A stretch of 64,000 bases of DNA from a virus (IMGVR_UViG_3300030107_008258:32001-96000); one strand, 5' to 3'; shown: positions 17,175 to 26,313, numbered from the stretch's first letter. Translations and numbers: made by a program. Notes: generated from the letters alone by a model not told the origin.

Positions 17175-17411
17175 ATGGCAAGTGGTTACTTAAGATTAAT
17201 GCTCGATTCGGCCCGTCGTTGTGCCGCAGCTACCCAAGACGCGGCAGAAGATGCGCGAAAAGCAGCGCAAGAAGCTCAAAATGAAGCTCAGGAAATTGAC
17301 CAAATGGCTCAAGACGCAGCCAGTAAAGCTGTAGAAGCTGGGGAAAGAGTTAAAGTCCTTGAAGCTAAAATGCTAAAACACGACAACATGGCCCAAGAAG
17401 CGAGCAATTAA
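17175..17411 (+). CDS. Ala/Gln/Glu-rich helical protein
   Basis: AAATQDAAEDARKAAQEAQNEAQ coiled-coil pattern. Confidence 0.6.
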   Translation: MASGYLRLMLDSARRCAAATQDAAEDARKAAQEAQNEAQEIDQMAQDAASKAVEAGERVKVLEAKMLKHDNMAQEASN

Positions 17412-17827
17412 TGCAGGAATCACTAAATAAAACTTGGTTCATCGACATCGATGGAACTATCGTAAAGCATTGGGGTAACGAACAGTTGGATGAAGCTATA
17501 GAGGAAAAAGGCCAATTTAGTCATCTATCTGAGGAGCCAATAAAAGAAAGCGTAGAATTTCTTAATTCAATACCTCCGTCTGACACTATAGTTTTAACGA
17601 CGGCTAGAGATAGTAAGCACGAAGACCACACTCTCAGAATGCTCCAACATTACAATATTCGTTATGATAGAATAATGTTTGATTTAAGATCCGGGCCACG
17701 TTATTTAGTGAACGATATCAAACCTATTGGATTAGTAAATAATTCAAAACCCTTAGATACTGCCTTCGCTTTAAATGTTGAAAGAAACCAAGGAATAAAA
17801 AAGCCATGGGAATGTTTGATGACATAA
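17411..17827 (+). CDS. HAD-superfamily phosphatase (capless, PNKP-phosphatase-like)
   Basis: FIDIDGT (DxDGT), LTTAR, LVND. Confidence 0.8.
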   Translation: MQESLNKTWFIDIDGTIVKHWGNEQLDEAIEEKGQFSHLSEEPIKESVEFLNSIPPSDTIVLTTARDSKHEDHTLRMLQHYNIRYDRIMFDLRSGPRYLVNDIKPIGLVNNSKPLDTAFALNVERNQGIKKPWECLMT

Positions 17828-18390
17828 TTGTACCTAAGGCTTATTTAAAAGGCTTACTTACAAGAGAACAAGAGAAGCTTTTAAAAGTTTCTAGTCGCTA
17901 CGGTAGATCAATCAGGGGCGTCGAATTTCAAACTAAGTGTTTAGAAAAGGCACTTGCTCAATACAAAATCTATAAACAAACACTTTTCATCAATGATAAG
18001 TCTCTGTGGAATTGTGAAGCGCCAGATACAGAACAAAGAACCGAAGATACCGCTAAAAAATACCCTTACGAGAAAGGTCGCTGGGGTAAAGTGGATCATA
18101 ATGGTAGCGTAAACTTTTATACCTCTATAAAAGACAAGGATGAAAATATATGGTGGGTTGAGTTTTCCTTTATCTTCAGAAACGGGGTTATAGACAAAAA
18201 AGAATTAATTAAATTTGAAGTAGAAGAGACCGCCGAAGAAGCAGAAGAACGAGAGAAAGCTTGGGAGGAAAAAGCTAAAGAAAGAAAACTTTTTGAAAAA
18301 ACTTTTAAATATAGATTTTACAGTAGGTTATTAAGGTTTTTATCCCGTTTGCATCATTGGGCCGCAAATAAAACAGTATCTCCAAAATAA
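17806..18390 (+). CDS. Conserved phage hypothetical protein
   Basis: MGMFD...FQTK.L N-terminal pattern, recurrent in phage hypothetical proteins. Confidence 0.55.
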   Translation: MGMFDDIIVPKAYLKGLLTREQEKLLKVSSRYGRSIRGVEFQTKCLEKALAQYKIYKQTLFINDKSLWNCEAPDTEQRTEDTAKKYPYEKGRWGKVDHNGSVNFYTSIKDKDENIWWVEFSFIFRNGVIDKKELIKFEVEETAEEAEEREKAWEEKAKERKLFEKTFKYRFYSRLLRFLSRLHHWAANKTVSPK

Positions 18391-18394
18391 ATGA

Positions 18395-18670
18395 ATGAAG
18401 CACGGTTTTACTTTATTGGAACTTTTACTAGCCATTACTGTAATCATGCTGCTTATTTCTCTATCCTTGCAAGCTTACGCAAATTCACAGCGTCAAGCTA
18501 GAATCGCTGCGTGTAAAGTATATAGGAAGCAAATAGAAACCTTTCACGAAATGCCAGAATATGACTTGCCAACCATATCGGACTCCGATATTAAGCTTTT
18601 AGTAGAGACATATAATCAATGTTACAAGTGCCATACTACCGCAAGAATCCCTTACTATTACGCCGAATAA
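18395..18670 (+). CDS. Prepilin-type N-methylation protein with C-terminal CXXCH motif
   Basis: MKHG|FTLLELL class III signal with Glu at +5, hydrophobic helix, ARxxxCxxxxKQI, and CYKCH (18620-18634). Confidence 0.8.
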   Translation: MKHGFTLLELLLAITVIMLLISLSLQAYANSQRQARIAACKVYRKQIETFHEMPEYDLPTISDSDIKLLVETYNQCYKCHTTARIPYYYAE

Positions 18671-18671
18671 A

Positions 18672-19352
18672 ATGAAAAAATTAATCTTAATATTTATCGC
18701 AAGTTCTGTACTAGGCCAAAACAACTCTTACCAAGTCATTACCGAACGTAACGCTTTTGGGTTAGCGGAGGAAAACACAGTCAAAATTGAGCTTCCTCCA
18801 GTAGTGCTTAAGTCTCCCGTTAAACTTCATCTTACAGGTATTATGAAGTACCAAGGGCTAACCAACATCTTTCTTTATTCTAAAGATCTCCCTAAAAGAT
18901 TTCTTACCCTAAACCATAAAAAACCAGTTGATAGCGGGATAGAGCTCTTAAGCGTGAAAGGATCTCGAGTTAAAATAATGAATAATGGAGTAACTGAAAA
19001 TTTATCATTTGAAACCCATAAATTACCGACGGTAATGGGTCCTGCGCCCGTTTTTAATCGCCCAACTGTGATAAAAAAGGATTCAAAAGATGATAAAAAT
19101 AAAAATAAAGAAAAAAAATCTGCCCCAGCCCCTCGCCCTTCCGTAGTTAAGGTTCCTTCTCGTCAGCCCAAGATAGACCCTCGTATTCTTCAAAAAAGTT
19201 TAGAGTACATAGATAGGATAGACGATAAAGAAAAGAGAGAATATATTCTCAAAAGACTAGAGGGACTTCAAGAGGGACGAAGCAGCTTAAATAGAAAAAT
19301 TGACACTAATGAAAGACGTCGTCAATACGATGAGCGACGCAGGGATAAATGA
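18672..19352 (+). CDS. GspC/PilP-like (HR-domain) exported protein
   Basis: Signal peptide; YQVITERNAFGL, LHLTGI, IELLSV..SRVKIMNNG...LSF; Pro/Lys-rich linker; follows the prepilin gene. Confidence 0.55.
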   Translation: MKKLILIFIASSVLGQNNSYQVITERNAFGLAEENTVKIELPPVVLKSPVKLHLTGIMKYQGLTNIFLYSKDLPKRFLTLNHKKPVDSGIELLSVKGSRVKIMNNGVTENLSFETHKLPTVMGPAPVFNRPTVIKKDSKDDKNKNKEKKSAPAPRPSVVKVPSRQPKIDPRILQKSLEYIDRIDDKEKREYILKRLEGLQEGRSSLNRKIDTNERRRQYDERRRDK

Positions 19353-19996
19353 AGCATGATTTATTTGTTACTGATCTGTGGGAATTTGATTTTCCTTACC
19401 ATTCCCAATTTAAGCGTCAGGTTCTAGACTTTGTGTCCTCCCCCAAAGCTCAACAACATATAACCGCTCATTCAGCGGAATCGCAAAACTTAAGTAACCC
19501 TTCTCTTAACTCTTACGGTGGAGACGAACTTTGTTTTGATGAAGATAAAAATCTCCATTCTTTTTTTAATATTCAAATCAAAAAACTCCTTGTTCAAATC
19601 GAAAAAGAACATGACTGGGACACTGGAGAGTGGAGTCAAATCGATCCTTGGTTAAATGTAAACCAAAAAGGTAATTTTAACCCTCCTCATGTACACCCGG
19701 GCAATAACTATTCCGGGTGTTATTACATTGACTTTCCCGAAAATTCCGGTTTTATCCACTTTCTTGACCCTCGCGCCCAACATCGATTAGCGTCGCCTAA
19801 CCCCAAGAGTAAAGAAGGGGAAAATTGGTATTTTTCATCCAATAAATACGATTCTAGTCTTTTTACTTATCCGGTCAAAGAAGGTAAAGTAATCATATTT
19901 CCTTCGTGGCTAATGCATTACGTTGACCCTAATCCGACTGATTCTTTACGTATCTCTATTGCATTTAACGTTAAGTATATTCAATATGAAAATTAA
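19349..19996 (+). CDS. 2OG-Fe(II) oxygenase (TIGR02466-like)
   Basis: WLNVN..G.FN.PHVH, SGCYY, FLDPR, IFPSWLMHYV, RISIAFN. Confidence 0.9.
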   Translation: MKHDLFVTDLWEFDFPYHSQFKRQVLDFVSSPKAQQHITAHSAESQNLSNPSLNSYGGDELCFDEDKNLHSFFNIQIKKLLVQIEKEHDWDTGEWSQIDPWLNVNQKGNFNPPHVHPGNNYSGCYYIDFPENSGFIHFLDPRAQHRLASPNPKSKEGENWYFSSNKYDSSLFTYPVKEGKVIIFPSWLMHYVDPNPTDSLRISIAFNVKYIQYEN

Positions 19997-20198
19997 AAAT
20001 GAAAAATTAATAGAATTTGTTAACTTAGTTAATGAATGTTGCGACGTTATGGATGACAATTATGTTTCAAAATGGCTTCATCTCCCCAACCCTGATTTAA
20101 ACATGGAAATGCCTATTGACATTTTTAATAATGAAGGCACTGAAAGACTATATAGGCTTTTATATTTTATAGAAATTGGCGAAGCAGACCTGAACTGA
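19986..20198 (+). CDS. Xre/MbcA/ParS antitoxin C-terminal domain (DUF2384-like), stand-alone; probable start ATG 19986
   Basis: WLHLPNPDLNMEMPIDIF...G.ERLYRLL..IEIG matches WLxxPNxxLxxxxPxD. Confidence 0.7.
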   Translation: MKIKNEKLIEFVNLVNECCDVMDDNYVSKWLHLPNPDLNMEMPIDIFNNEGTERLYRLLYFIEIGEADLN

Positions 20199-20265
20199 CA
20201 AAGTAAAAGGAGGTTGTTTTTCGGTTTCTCCTCTCTGATTGTTAGTACCACCAAAGAAGCCGATT

Positions 20266-23200
20266 TTATAATTCTGGAGCGCTACTTACAACAGCCGTTG
20301 TCCCATCCGGAAACCTAGTTCTAGTTACTAAATAAACTACCCCACCAACAGTTTCTCTCTGCGTAAAGTTTCCTACCCTCGTAGAACTTTGCAAGTAGTC
20401 TCCTTCATCTGTGATATTAAATTCAACCACAGAAGCATCTAATATTACTTCAAATTTACCCGGCGAGTCATTACTTCCTCCCGACAATATCAAATTAGCG
20501 CTTCCTCGCGCTTCTATTCCTTCTGTGGGAACAGTAGCGGTTATTTTGTTATCTGAATTAATAGTAAAACTAGATTCTAAATAAGGGCCATTAGGGATCT
20601 GAAAAAATACTCCACTGACAGCAGTGAATCCTTCGCCTGTAACCTCTACAGAAGAACCCGTCACTCCACGGGTCGGACCAAACCCAGTAGCATTAACACG
20701 AGTCCCTTGAATTATGTAATTATCTGGAAAAAAGTTCGCTTGAGTCGCTAAAAATTCTTCTGAAGTTGAGCCTAAAAAATCATTAGTAAAGGTTCTAATA
20801 TTTTCCGTGTTAAAATTTTTAGAGTCCCACGGATTAAGCACAAAAAGTCTCCCTGTCCCTATAAAGCCGCTATCCAGCTGAAAGCTAAATTTATTATAAA
20901 ATAAATTATGAGAATCCACTGCTCCGTACCCTGTTGTATTTCCGCTTATTGGATAAAAATAAACTTCAGCTGTGTTATTTTTGTTTCCAGTTCCTGTTAT
21001 GCCTACCGCAAATTGACCTGAAGTAAAATTATAATTTGTGGAATAAGAATTTAACCCACTAACAGCAACACTCGTTCCTGACGCAACCGTATTTGAAGAA
21101 TTAAAACCCGTTACACCTGTAACCATAGCAAGAGGATTGTATCCGCTTTTGTAAAAAATTGAAGCGTTCGTATTTCCTCTTCCTGAAACTTGAATATTTC
21201 CCTCCGTAATACCCGTAGGTAAGTCAACTGTGATAGAATGCTCCCCTAAAGAAGTAACTGAATTGGTTAGATTCTGTGCAGTAATATATCCCCCTGTTGG
21301 ATAAGGAAAATTTACATTCAACCCTGTAAGATTTTGACCACTTACTGTAACTGTTTGCCCCATCCCCGCATAATTACTAAAGCCTGTAATATCAGTCACG
21401 TTAATACTAAAAGGAGTAACGCTTTTCCTATTTTTAAAATCTCTTGTTTCAAATATACCGCTTCCGCTATTAATCCCTCTAGGAACAGTAAAAGAAGCTT
21501 CATAAGGGTTCTTAAGATTAAACTGATTTACCGAAATCGTACCTCCGTCTCCCGAAAATAAAACCCCTGTTACTAAATTAATCCTTTCTCCAGTTATAGA
21601 TATAATATCTCCTCCTTTAAAAACTTGGTCCTCGTTAAAGGGAGGGTTTATATTTCCATTGCCCAAATAAAAACCACTAATAGAAGGTTTAGGCGCGCTT
21701 ACTCCCAATACTCCAGTACTGTCAATCGCCCCTCCACTTGTTTCCACATTAATATAGTCACTAACAATATTATTCGGAATAACCATTTCGATCCCAGTTG
21801 TCGAACTTTGGTTAAAATCATCAACTATATAGCTTCCCACTTTCAATCCACTAGGTTTTACGGTTTCGAAATATCCCGACAAAGTAATCGTATCGCCAAA
21901 CTCTCCACTTGCAGGAGAAAACCCGCTAAATATAGGCGCAGCTTTTACCCCTAAAACTCCGGTAAACAAGTCCACACCTCGTCGATTACGAGCTCTAATC
22001 TTGTATTTGTCTTCATTATTGAAGCTATTGGGATAATAGAAAACTACTTGCGTATTGTTCCCCCTATAACCACTTACCTCTATATCTCCTCTAAAATTGA
22101 CTGGAGCCACATTATTATTATGTAGAGTCAGGGAAGTCCCTGAGTGTAAACGGCTCCCATAAATGCAGCCAGTTGAACCCGGTAGAAATCCCGAACATGG
22201 ATGAATTACATCAATTTCAGGCATACCAATGTATCTAAATTGTGCGGTATCAGATCCAAACTTTCCAGATATAGAAACTGTATAGTCGTACCCTGTGGCT
22301 GGTGTTTCGCTACCGGCTATCTCTGGCACTTCAAACTGTACAATCTCTCCAGCTACTACTTGTGTTGGGGTAACGGAACTATCTGTCCCTACGTTCCCAA
22401 AATCAGTACCAGTAATTGCATAAAGATTAGTTCCCATTAACGTCACTATATCCCCTTTTATTCCGGATATGGGAGAAACACCTGTGATGCTAGGGGCGCC
22501 AATACCCGGTGTAAATTTTATTTCTGAAGGGTAAGTATTAGGGTAGCTTTTGGTAAAAACGCTAACCTCCTGCTCACTTATAAAATAATCGTTCCCCAGA
22601 GTATTTCCTTCACCCAAATTACCGGAAACATGAATATTCATACCCGTAGGTACTTTTACCTTTAAAACTCTATCATTTACTAGTTTTGCGTTTCCTGTCT
22701 GACCGCCTATTGAAACTAAATATTTATAATCTGCTGTTGGATCAGGTAAGTAAGTGTCAGAGCCCGAATAAAGAATATCATCGGTAAAATTTTCTCCCGA
22801 TATATCCATAATCTGCCCTACTTCTACATTATTTTTAACTCCCGTGACTAAAGCTAGAGGCTGAAAAGAAATTGAGGCCGGAGCGCTATACTTAATTCCG
22901 CTTTTTAGGGTTAAAACAGGAGAACCGGTTAGATTACCAGTTGGAACTTCTACCTGTATACCGGTAGAACTAGGACCGTCTAAAGCTGAGTTACCCCAAT
23001 AACCAGTTAACGCTATATTATTAATGCTTACCCCCACCACTCCCGATAAAGATAAGCCTTCAATAGTTAGTGTTTCTCCCGAAACTAATTGTCCCGAACT
23101 TAATCCAGTAACTTCAGGGATAGGTACAAATTCATTAACAGTAATCCCACTAGATTCACTAGTGCTTCCATTTAATCCGGTTCTTAATGAAGAAACTACT

Positions 23201-23625
23201 GATACACCATGGTATTCCGCATTTTCGGGCACCTTTACATGTATTTCAGAATCCGATACGGTATTAAAAAATCCGGTTGCTGACCCAAATTTTATATCTG
23301 TAATTTGATGAAAATTTTCTCCCGTTAAAGTTAGAAATTCTCCAGCCTCTCCACTTACGTCCTCCGGAAGGAGTCCACTCACCACTACTTGACTCGAAGA
23401 ATCTAATACTACTTGTCCTGTAGTTATGTTTAATACTTCCGCTCCCCCTTCAAAGGATATAAGATTAGTATAAGCTGCCGCAGGTACCACCCCGCTTATG
23501 CCCGTCGTACCTAAAAAAGATATTTCCTCTACTACTTCTTCTCCAAAAAAGACTCGGTCTACAAAATTGAGGTTGGAGCCGCTTAAGCTAAAAAGTTTCT
23601 TAGGATAAAATGTAGGTCTTGGCAT
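20266..23625 (-). CDS. Large virion protein with tandem IPT/TIG (Ig-like) domains
   Basis: Repeated P.I..(F/V)SP.SG..GD..T(L/I).G.NF...T.V.F units ending in (V/I)P; highly S/T-G rich. Confidence 0.75.
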   Translation of the reverse strand: MPRPTFYPKKLFSLSGSNLNFVDRVFFGEEVVEEISFLGTTGISGVVPAAAYTNLISFEGGAEVLNITTGQVVLDSSSQVVVSGLLPEDVSGEAGEFLTLTGENFHQITDIKFGSATGFFNTVSDSEIHVKVPENAEYHGVSVVSSLRTGLNGSTSESSGITVNEFVPIPEVTGLSSGQLVSGETLTIEGLSLSGVVGVSINNIALTGYWGNSALDGPSSTGIQVEVPTGNLTGSPVLTLKSGIKYSAPASISFQPLALVTGVKNNVEVGQIMDISGENFTDDILYSGSDTYLPDPTADYKYLVSIGGQTGNAKLVNDRVLKVKVPTGMNIHVSGNLGEGNTLGNDYFISEQEVSVFTKSYPNTYPSEIKFTPGIGAPSITGVSPISGIKGDIVTLMGTNLYAITGTDFGNVGTDSSVTPTQVVAGEIVQFEVPEIAGSETPATGYDYTVSISGKFGSDTAQFRYIGMPEIDVIHPCSGFLPGSTGCIYGSRLHSGTSLTLHNNNVAPVNFRGDIEVSGYRGNNTQVVFYYPNSFNNEDKYKIRARNRRGVDLFTGVLGVKAAPIFSGFSPASGEFGDTITLSGYFETVKPSGLKVGSYIVDDFNQSSTTGIEMVIPNNIVSDYINVETSGGAIDSTGVLGVSAPKPSISGFYLGNGNINPPFNEDQVFKGGDIISITGERINLVTGVLFSGDGGTISVNQFNLKNPYEASFTVPRGINSGSGIFETRDFKNRKSVTPFSINVTDITGFSNYAGMGQTVTVSGQNLTGLNVNFPYPTGGYITAQNLTNSVTSLGEHSITVDLPTGITEGNIQVSGRGNTNASIFYKSGYNPLAMVTGVTGFNSSNTVASGTSVAVSGLNSYSTNYNFTSGQFAVGITGTGNKNNTAEVYFYPISGNTTGYGAVDSHNLFYNKFSFQLDSGFIGTGRLFVLNPWDSKNFNTENIRTFTNDFLGSTSEEFLATQANFFPDNYIIQGTRVNATGFGPTRGVTGSSVEVTGEGFTAVSGVFFQIPNGPYLESSFTINSDNKITATVPTEGIEARGSANLILSGGSNDSPGKFEVILDASVVEFNITDEGDYLQSSTRVGNFTQRETVGGVVYLVTRTRFPDGTTAVVSSAPEL

Positions 23626-23641
23626 ATGTTTAATTTTACTC

Positions 23642-24514
23642 CTATCCAGATGGCGGTATATCTGATCCCGTTGATCCTATTCCTACTGCTTCCGATACTG
23701 TGCCAGCAGATATAGTATCAATAAAGATGGAAGAACCTTCTGTTGAATTTTGCACGATTGTAATGCTTTGTTTAATGTAGTCTCCTACAGCCGAAGCTAA
23801 AGACCGCTGTTGGATCAACCCCGAACAGGTAAAATTTTCTATATTAGTGTTTGAATAATTTTTTAAATTTAATGAAATTTTAGCTTCTGTCCCAGAAACA
23901 GGAAGATAACCGGTAGGATTATCTATTTCAAAATTAACATTTACTGTTTTAGCGCCAAAACTCACATTACTAGGCTTAGTTTCATTCATGAGATAAACCG
24001 GGGTCACATCGCAAGAATAATTATACGTCCCTCCTATAAAATTTTCTACTTCTCCCGAGGCAAGATCTCCTACTACGGAAGCGTTTTTAAGATTTAAAAT
24101 TTGAGTATCTTCAGGGGCTTTTTCCTGTCCCGACACGAATTCCCCTTCTAATTGATCAAAAAATTGTACGTTAGCAGAAGCTACGGCCGGAGCATTAGGG
24201 CCAAAATTAACAGAATAAGATGTTAAATATCCACTATCAAAATTTAATCCTCCAAAATTACCTGATATTACTGTTGTCTCAACATCTTTTTCTCCCTGAC
24301 CAGTAATAAAACTTTTAAAATAATCTCTTCCAGTTAAATAGTAATTAAAACTTAGTTGCCCTCCTATTCCGTTTGAAGGAGCGTACGTGTTAGTGTTACG
24401 CTGAGTGATTAAATAAGAAGGTTGTAAATTGGCGTTTAATGCCAATGAGGCATTGGAGGCTAATATCTCATTTCCATTGATTTGTAATTTAGCGTTATCA
24501 GCAGTATAAAGCAC
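23642..24514 (-). CDS. Tail tube-like minor tail protein (paralog 3)
   Basis: Shares the two-repeat architecture and motifs of the neighbours and of the 431-aa tube protein. Confidence 0.5.
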   Translation of the reverse strand: MLYTADNAKLQINGNEILASNASLALNANLQPSYLITQRNTNTYAPSNGIGGQLSFNYYLTGRDYFKSFITGQGEKDVETTVISGNFGGLNFDSGYLTSYSVNFGPNAPAVASANVQFFDQLEGEFVSGQEKAPEDTQILNLKNASVVGDLASGEVENFIGGTYNYSCDVTPVYLMNETKPSNVSFGAKTVNVNFEIDNPTGYLPVSGTEAKISLNLKNYSNTNIENFTCSGLIQQRSLASAVGDYIKQSITIVQNSTEGSSIFIDTISAGTVSEAVGIGSTGSDIPPSG

Positions 24515-24515
24515 A

Positions 24516-25424
24516 TTAATAAGCAGCGGTTAAAGTTTTTTGAGTCCTTACTATATCATCTAGGCCTACCGACATCGAACTGTTAATAGACTTAGCTCCT
24601 GACATCCCCACTTGCATGGTCTTCGTGGCGTTTAATCCCTTCAGTGTTATAATAGCATCTTGAGCATTTTCACCACTAAAAGGAAGGTCAGGATTAAATA
24701 AATCTTCCGTAACGTTGACCGACTCTGAAGCGGTTGTATAGTAGGTACAGGTAGGAAATTCCTGCCCTATTTTATAAACTGGATTATGATTAAACGAAAT
24801 GGAATAATCAGCTCCGTATACGGTACCAGTTTGGGGATTATCTGCGCCTCCAATAGGATTTCCTCTCCCAATAATCGTCTGAAAAGGAGTACCTATATCA
24901 GTAAACCTACCATGAGCTATTCCCGTGGCCAGCTTTCCCGTAGCCGCATATGGCGCATAATTAGAACTTTTTAAAAATCCCTCGACTGGAGCATTTGACC
25001 CACTACCAAAAAAAGTAAATGAAGCACTTGAGCTCGAAACCGAATTGCTGGCCACGTTAAAGCTATAAGAATTTAAAAACCCAGTACCAGTAACTCCGGC
25101 AAACTCTATCCTAACTCCGCTAGCCAGAGAATTGATGGAATTCTTAATGCCGCTTGCAAGGTAATTCACAATATTTCCTTTCTGACTCGCATGAACTCCC
25201 GTTATAGTAGTTAAAAAATTAAACGATACATCCCCAGCTCTTGCCGCTGTTGGAAATTGCCCAAGGGAACCTTTCGTGCCAATACTATAAAGAGGAGCTT
25301 GTGAAGAGTTGAATGATATACTGCAATCTGAAGCCAGTAGCACTTCGCTCAAAGCGTTCACTCCTTGCGTAGGATTAACCGTGAGCCTTACCGCCGTCTT
25401 ATCGTAAAATACATTCTGTGCCAT
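24516..25424 (-). CDS. Tail tube-like minor tail protein (paralog 2)
   Basis: Internal repeats SISFNSSQAPLYSIG and SISFNHNPVYKIG. Confidence 0.5.
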   Translation of the reverse strand: MAQNVFYDKTAVRLTVNPTQGVNALSEVLLASDCSISFNSSQAPLYSIGTKGSLGQFPTAARAGDVSFNFLTTITGVHASQKGNIVNYLASGIKNSINSLASGVRIEFAGVTGTGFLNSYSFNVASNSVSSSSASFTFFGSGSNAPVEGFLKSSNYAPYAATGKLATGIAHGRFTDIGTPFQTIIGRGNPIGGADNPQTGTVYGADYSISFNHNPVYKIGQEFPTCTYYTTASESVNVTEDLFNPDLPFSGENAQDAIITLKGLNATKTMQVGMSGAKSINSSMSVGLDDIVRTQKTLTAAY

Positions 25425-25438
25425 ATCCTTGAAGTTTA

Positions 25439-25444
25439 TTACAC
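25439..25444 (-). promoter_or_regulatory. GTGTAA putative late promoter
   Basis: Minus strand GTGTAA-taaacttc-AAGGAT-ATG. Confidence 0.55.
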
Positions 25445-25449
25445 TCTTT

Positions 25450-26298
25450 TTATCTTAAAATGAAAGATCTCAGACTAAAATCAATACCCGCGTCAGAATC
25501 TACCCCCCCACGAAAAGATTCTGACGTTAAAAGCATATCCTTAAAAGAGTATGTTAATAATGTAGTATTTGAATTGTTTTTTTTCAAAGTTATTACAGTA
25601 TCTTGAAAAACAGTCTGATCTGGAACAAATCTCATGTTTTTAATTTCGTAATCATCTGGTTGAAGGGAAAAATTCACGCTAACTTCTATAGGGGTTCCGG
25701 CAATTACTCCAGTTGGGGTATCTATCCCTAAAGCATATAAAGGAACCCTTGGAGTAGCGATATTAACGTCAAAATTTAATACTCTATTTGTCTTAAAAGT
25801 ATCTAAATTAATTTCCATTGAACTAAAACTAGTTACTTGTGGAGTTTGACTTAAAACAGGGCTAGTTGGCTCCCAAGCGTCGAATAAGCCTGTTCCAAAA
25901 TTGCCATATATCAAAGAACTCATGGAAGTTTGAGGAATTTGGCCTATTCCACAAGAAATAGAATATGTTTGCATATATCCCTCCGTAAATTGAAAACTTT
26001 TGTCTCCGTGATTTACTGTTCCACTAAATGGCATATCACCTGTGAAACCCTGCAAAGGATCCCGAGAGGGAAAGTGATAGTCAGAAGTAGCACTTTCAGG
26101 TAAAAGCTCAACTAAAAGAGTGTTTACGTCCAGAGTAGCTTGTTGTGGTCCTTGAGTGGTGTAACGTATTTCATTTAAACCTAAATTTTTAACTAATTGG
26201 GCAGTTGATTGATAATTGGCCGAAATAGACTGGATTCCCTGTATTCCAGTGCCATTGATCGTTAGCTTTTCAGCTTCCCTTGTTATTCTTCCTAACAT
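25450..26298 (-). CDS. Tail tube-like minor tail protein (paralog 1)
   Basis: GIQSISANY..., TYSISCGIGQIP and RVPLYALG match the major tube protein (RVQSCNYSF, SYSVEAAVGGFP, RSSIEQLG). Confidence 0.55.
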   Translation of the reverse strand: MLGRITREAEKLTINGTGIQGIQSISANYQSTAQLVKNLGLNEIRYTTQGPQQATLDVNTLLVELLPESATSDYHFPSRDPLQGFTGDMPFSGTVNHGDKSFQFTEGYMQTYSISCGIGQIPQTSMSSLIYGNFGTGLFDAWEPTSPVLSQTPQVTSFSSMEINLDTFKTNRVLNFDVNIATPRVPLYALGIDTPTGVIAGTPIEVSVNFSLQPDDYEIKNMRFVPDQTVFQDTVITLKKNNSNTTLLTYSFKDMLLTSESFRGGVDSDAGIDFSLRSFILR

Positions 26299-26313
26299 TA
26301 CCTTATCTTTATT

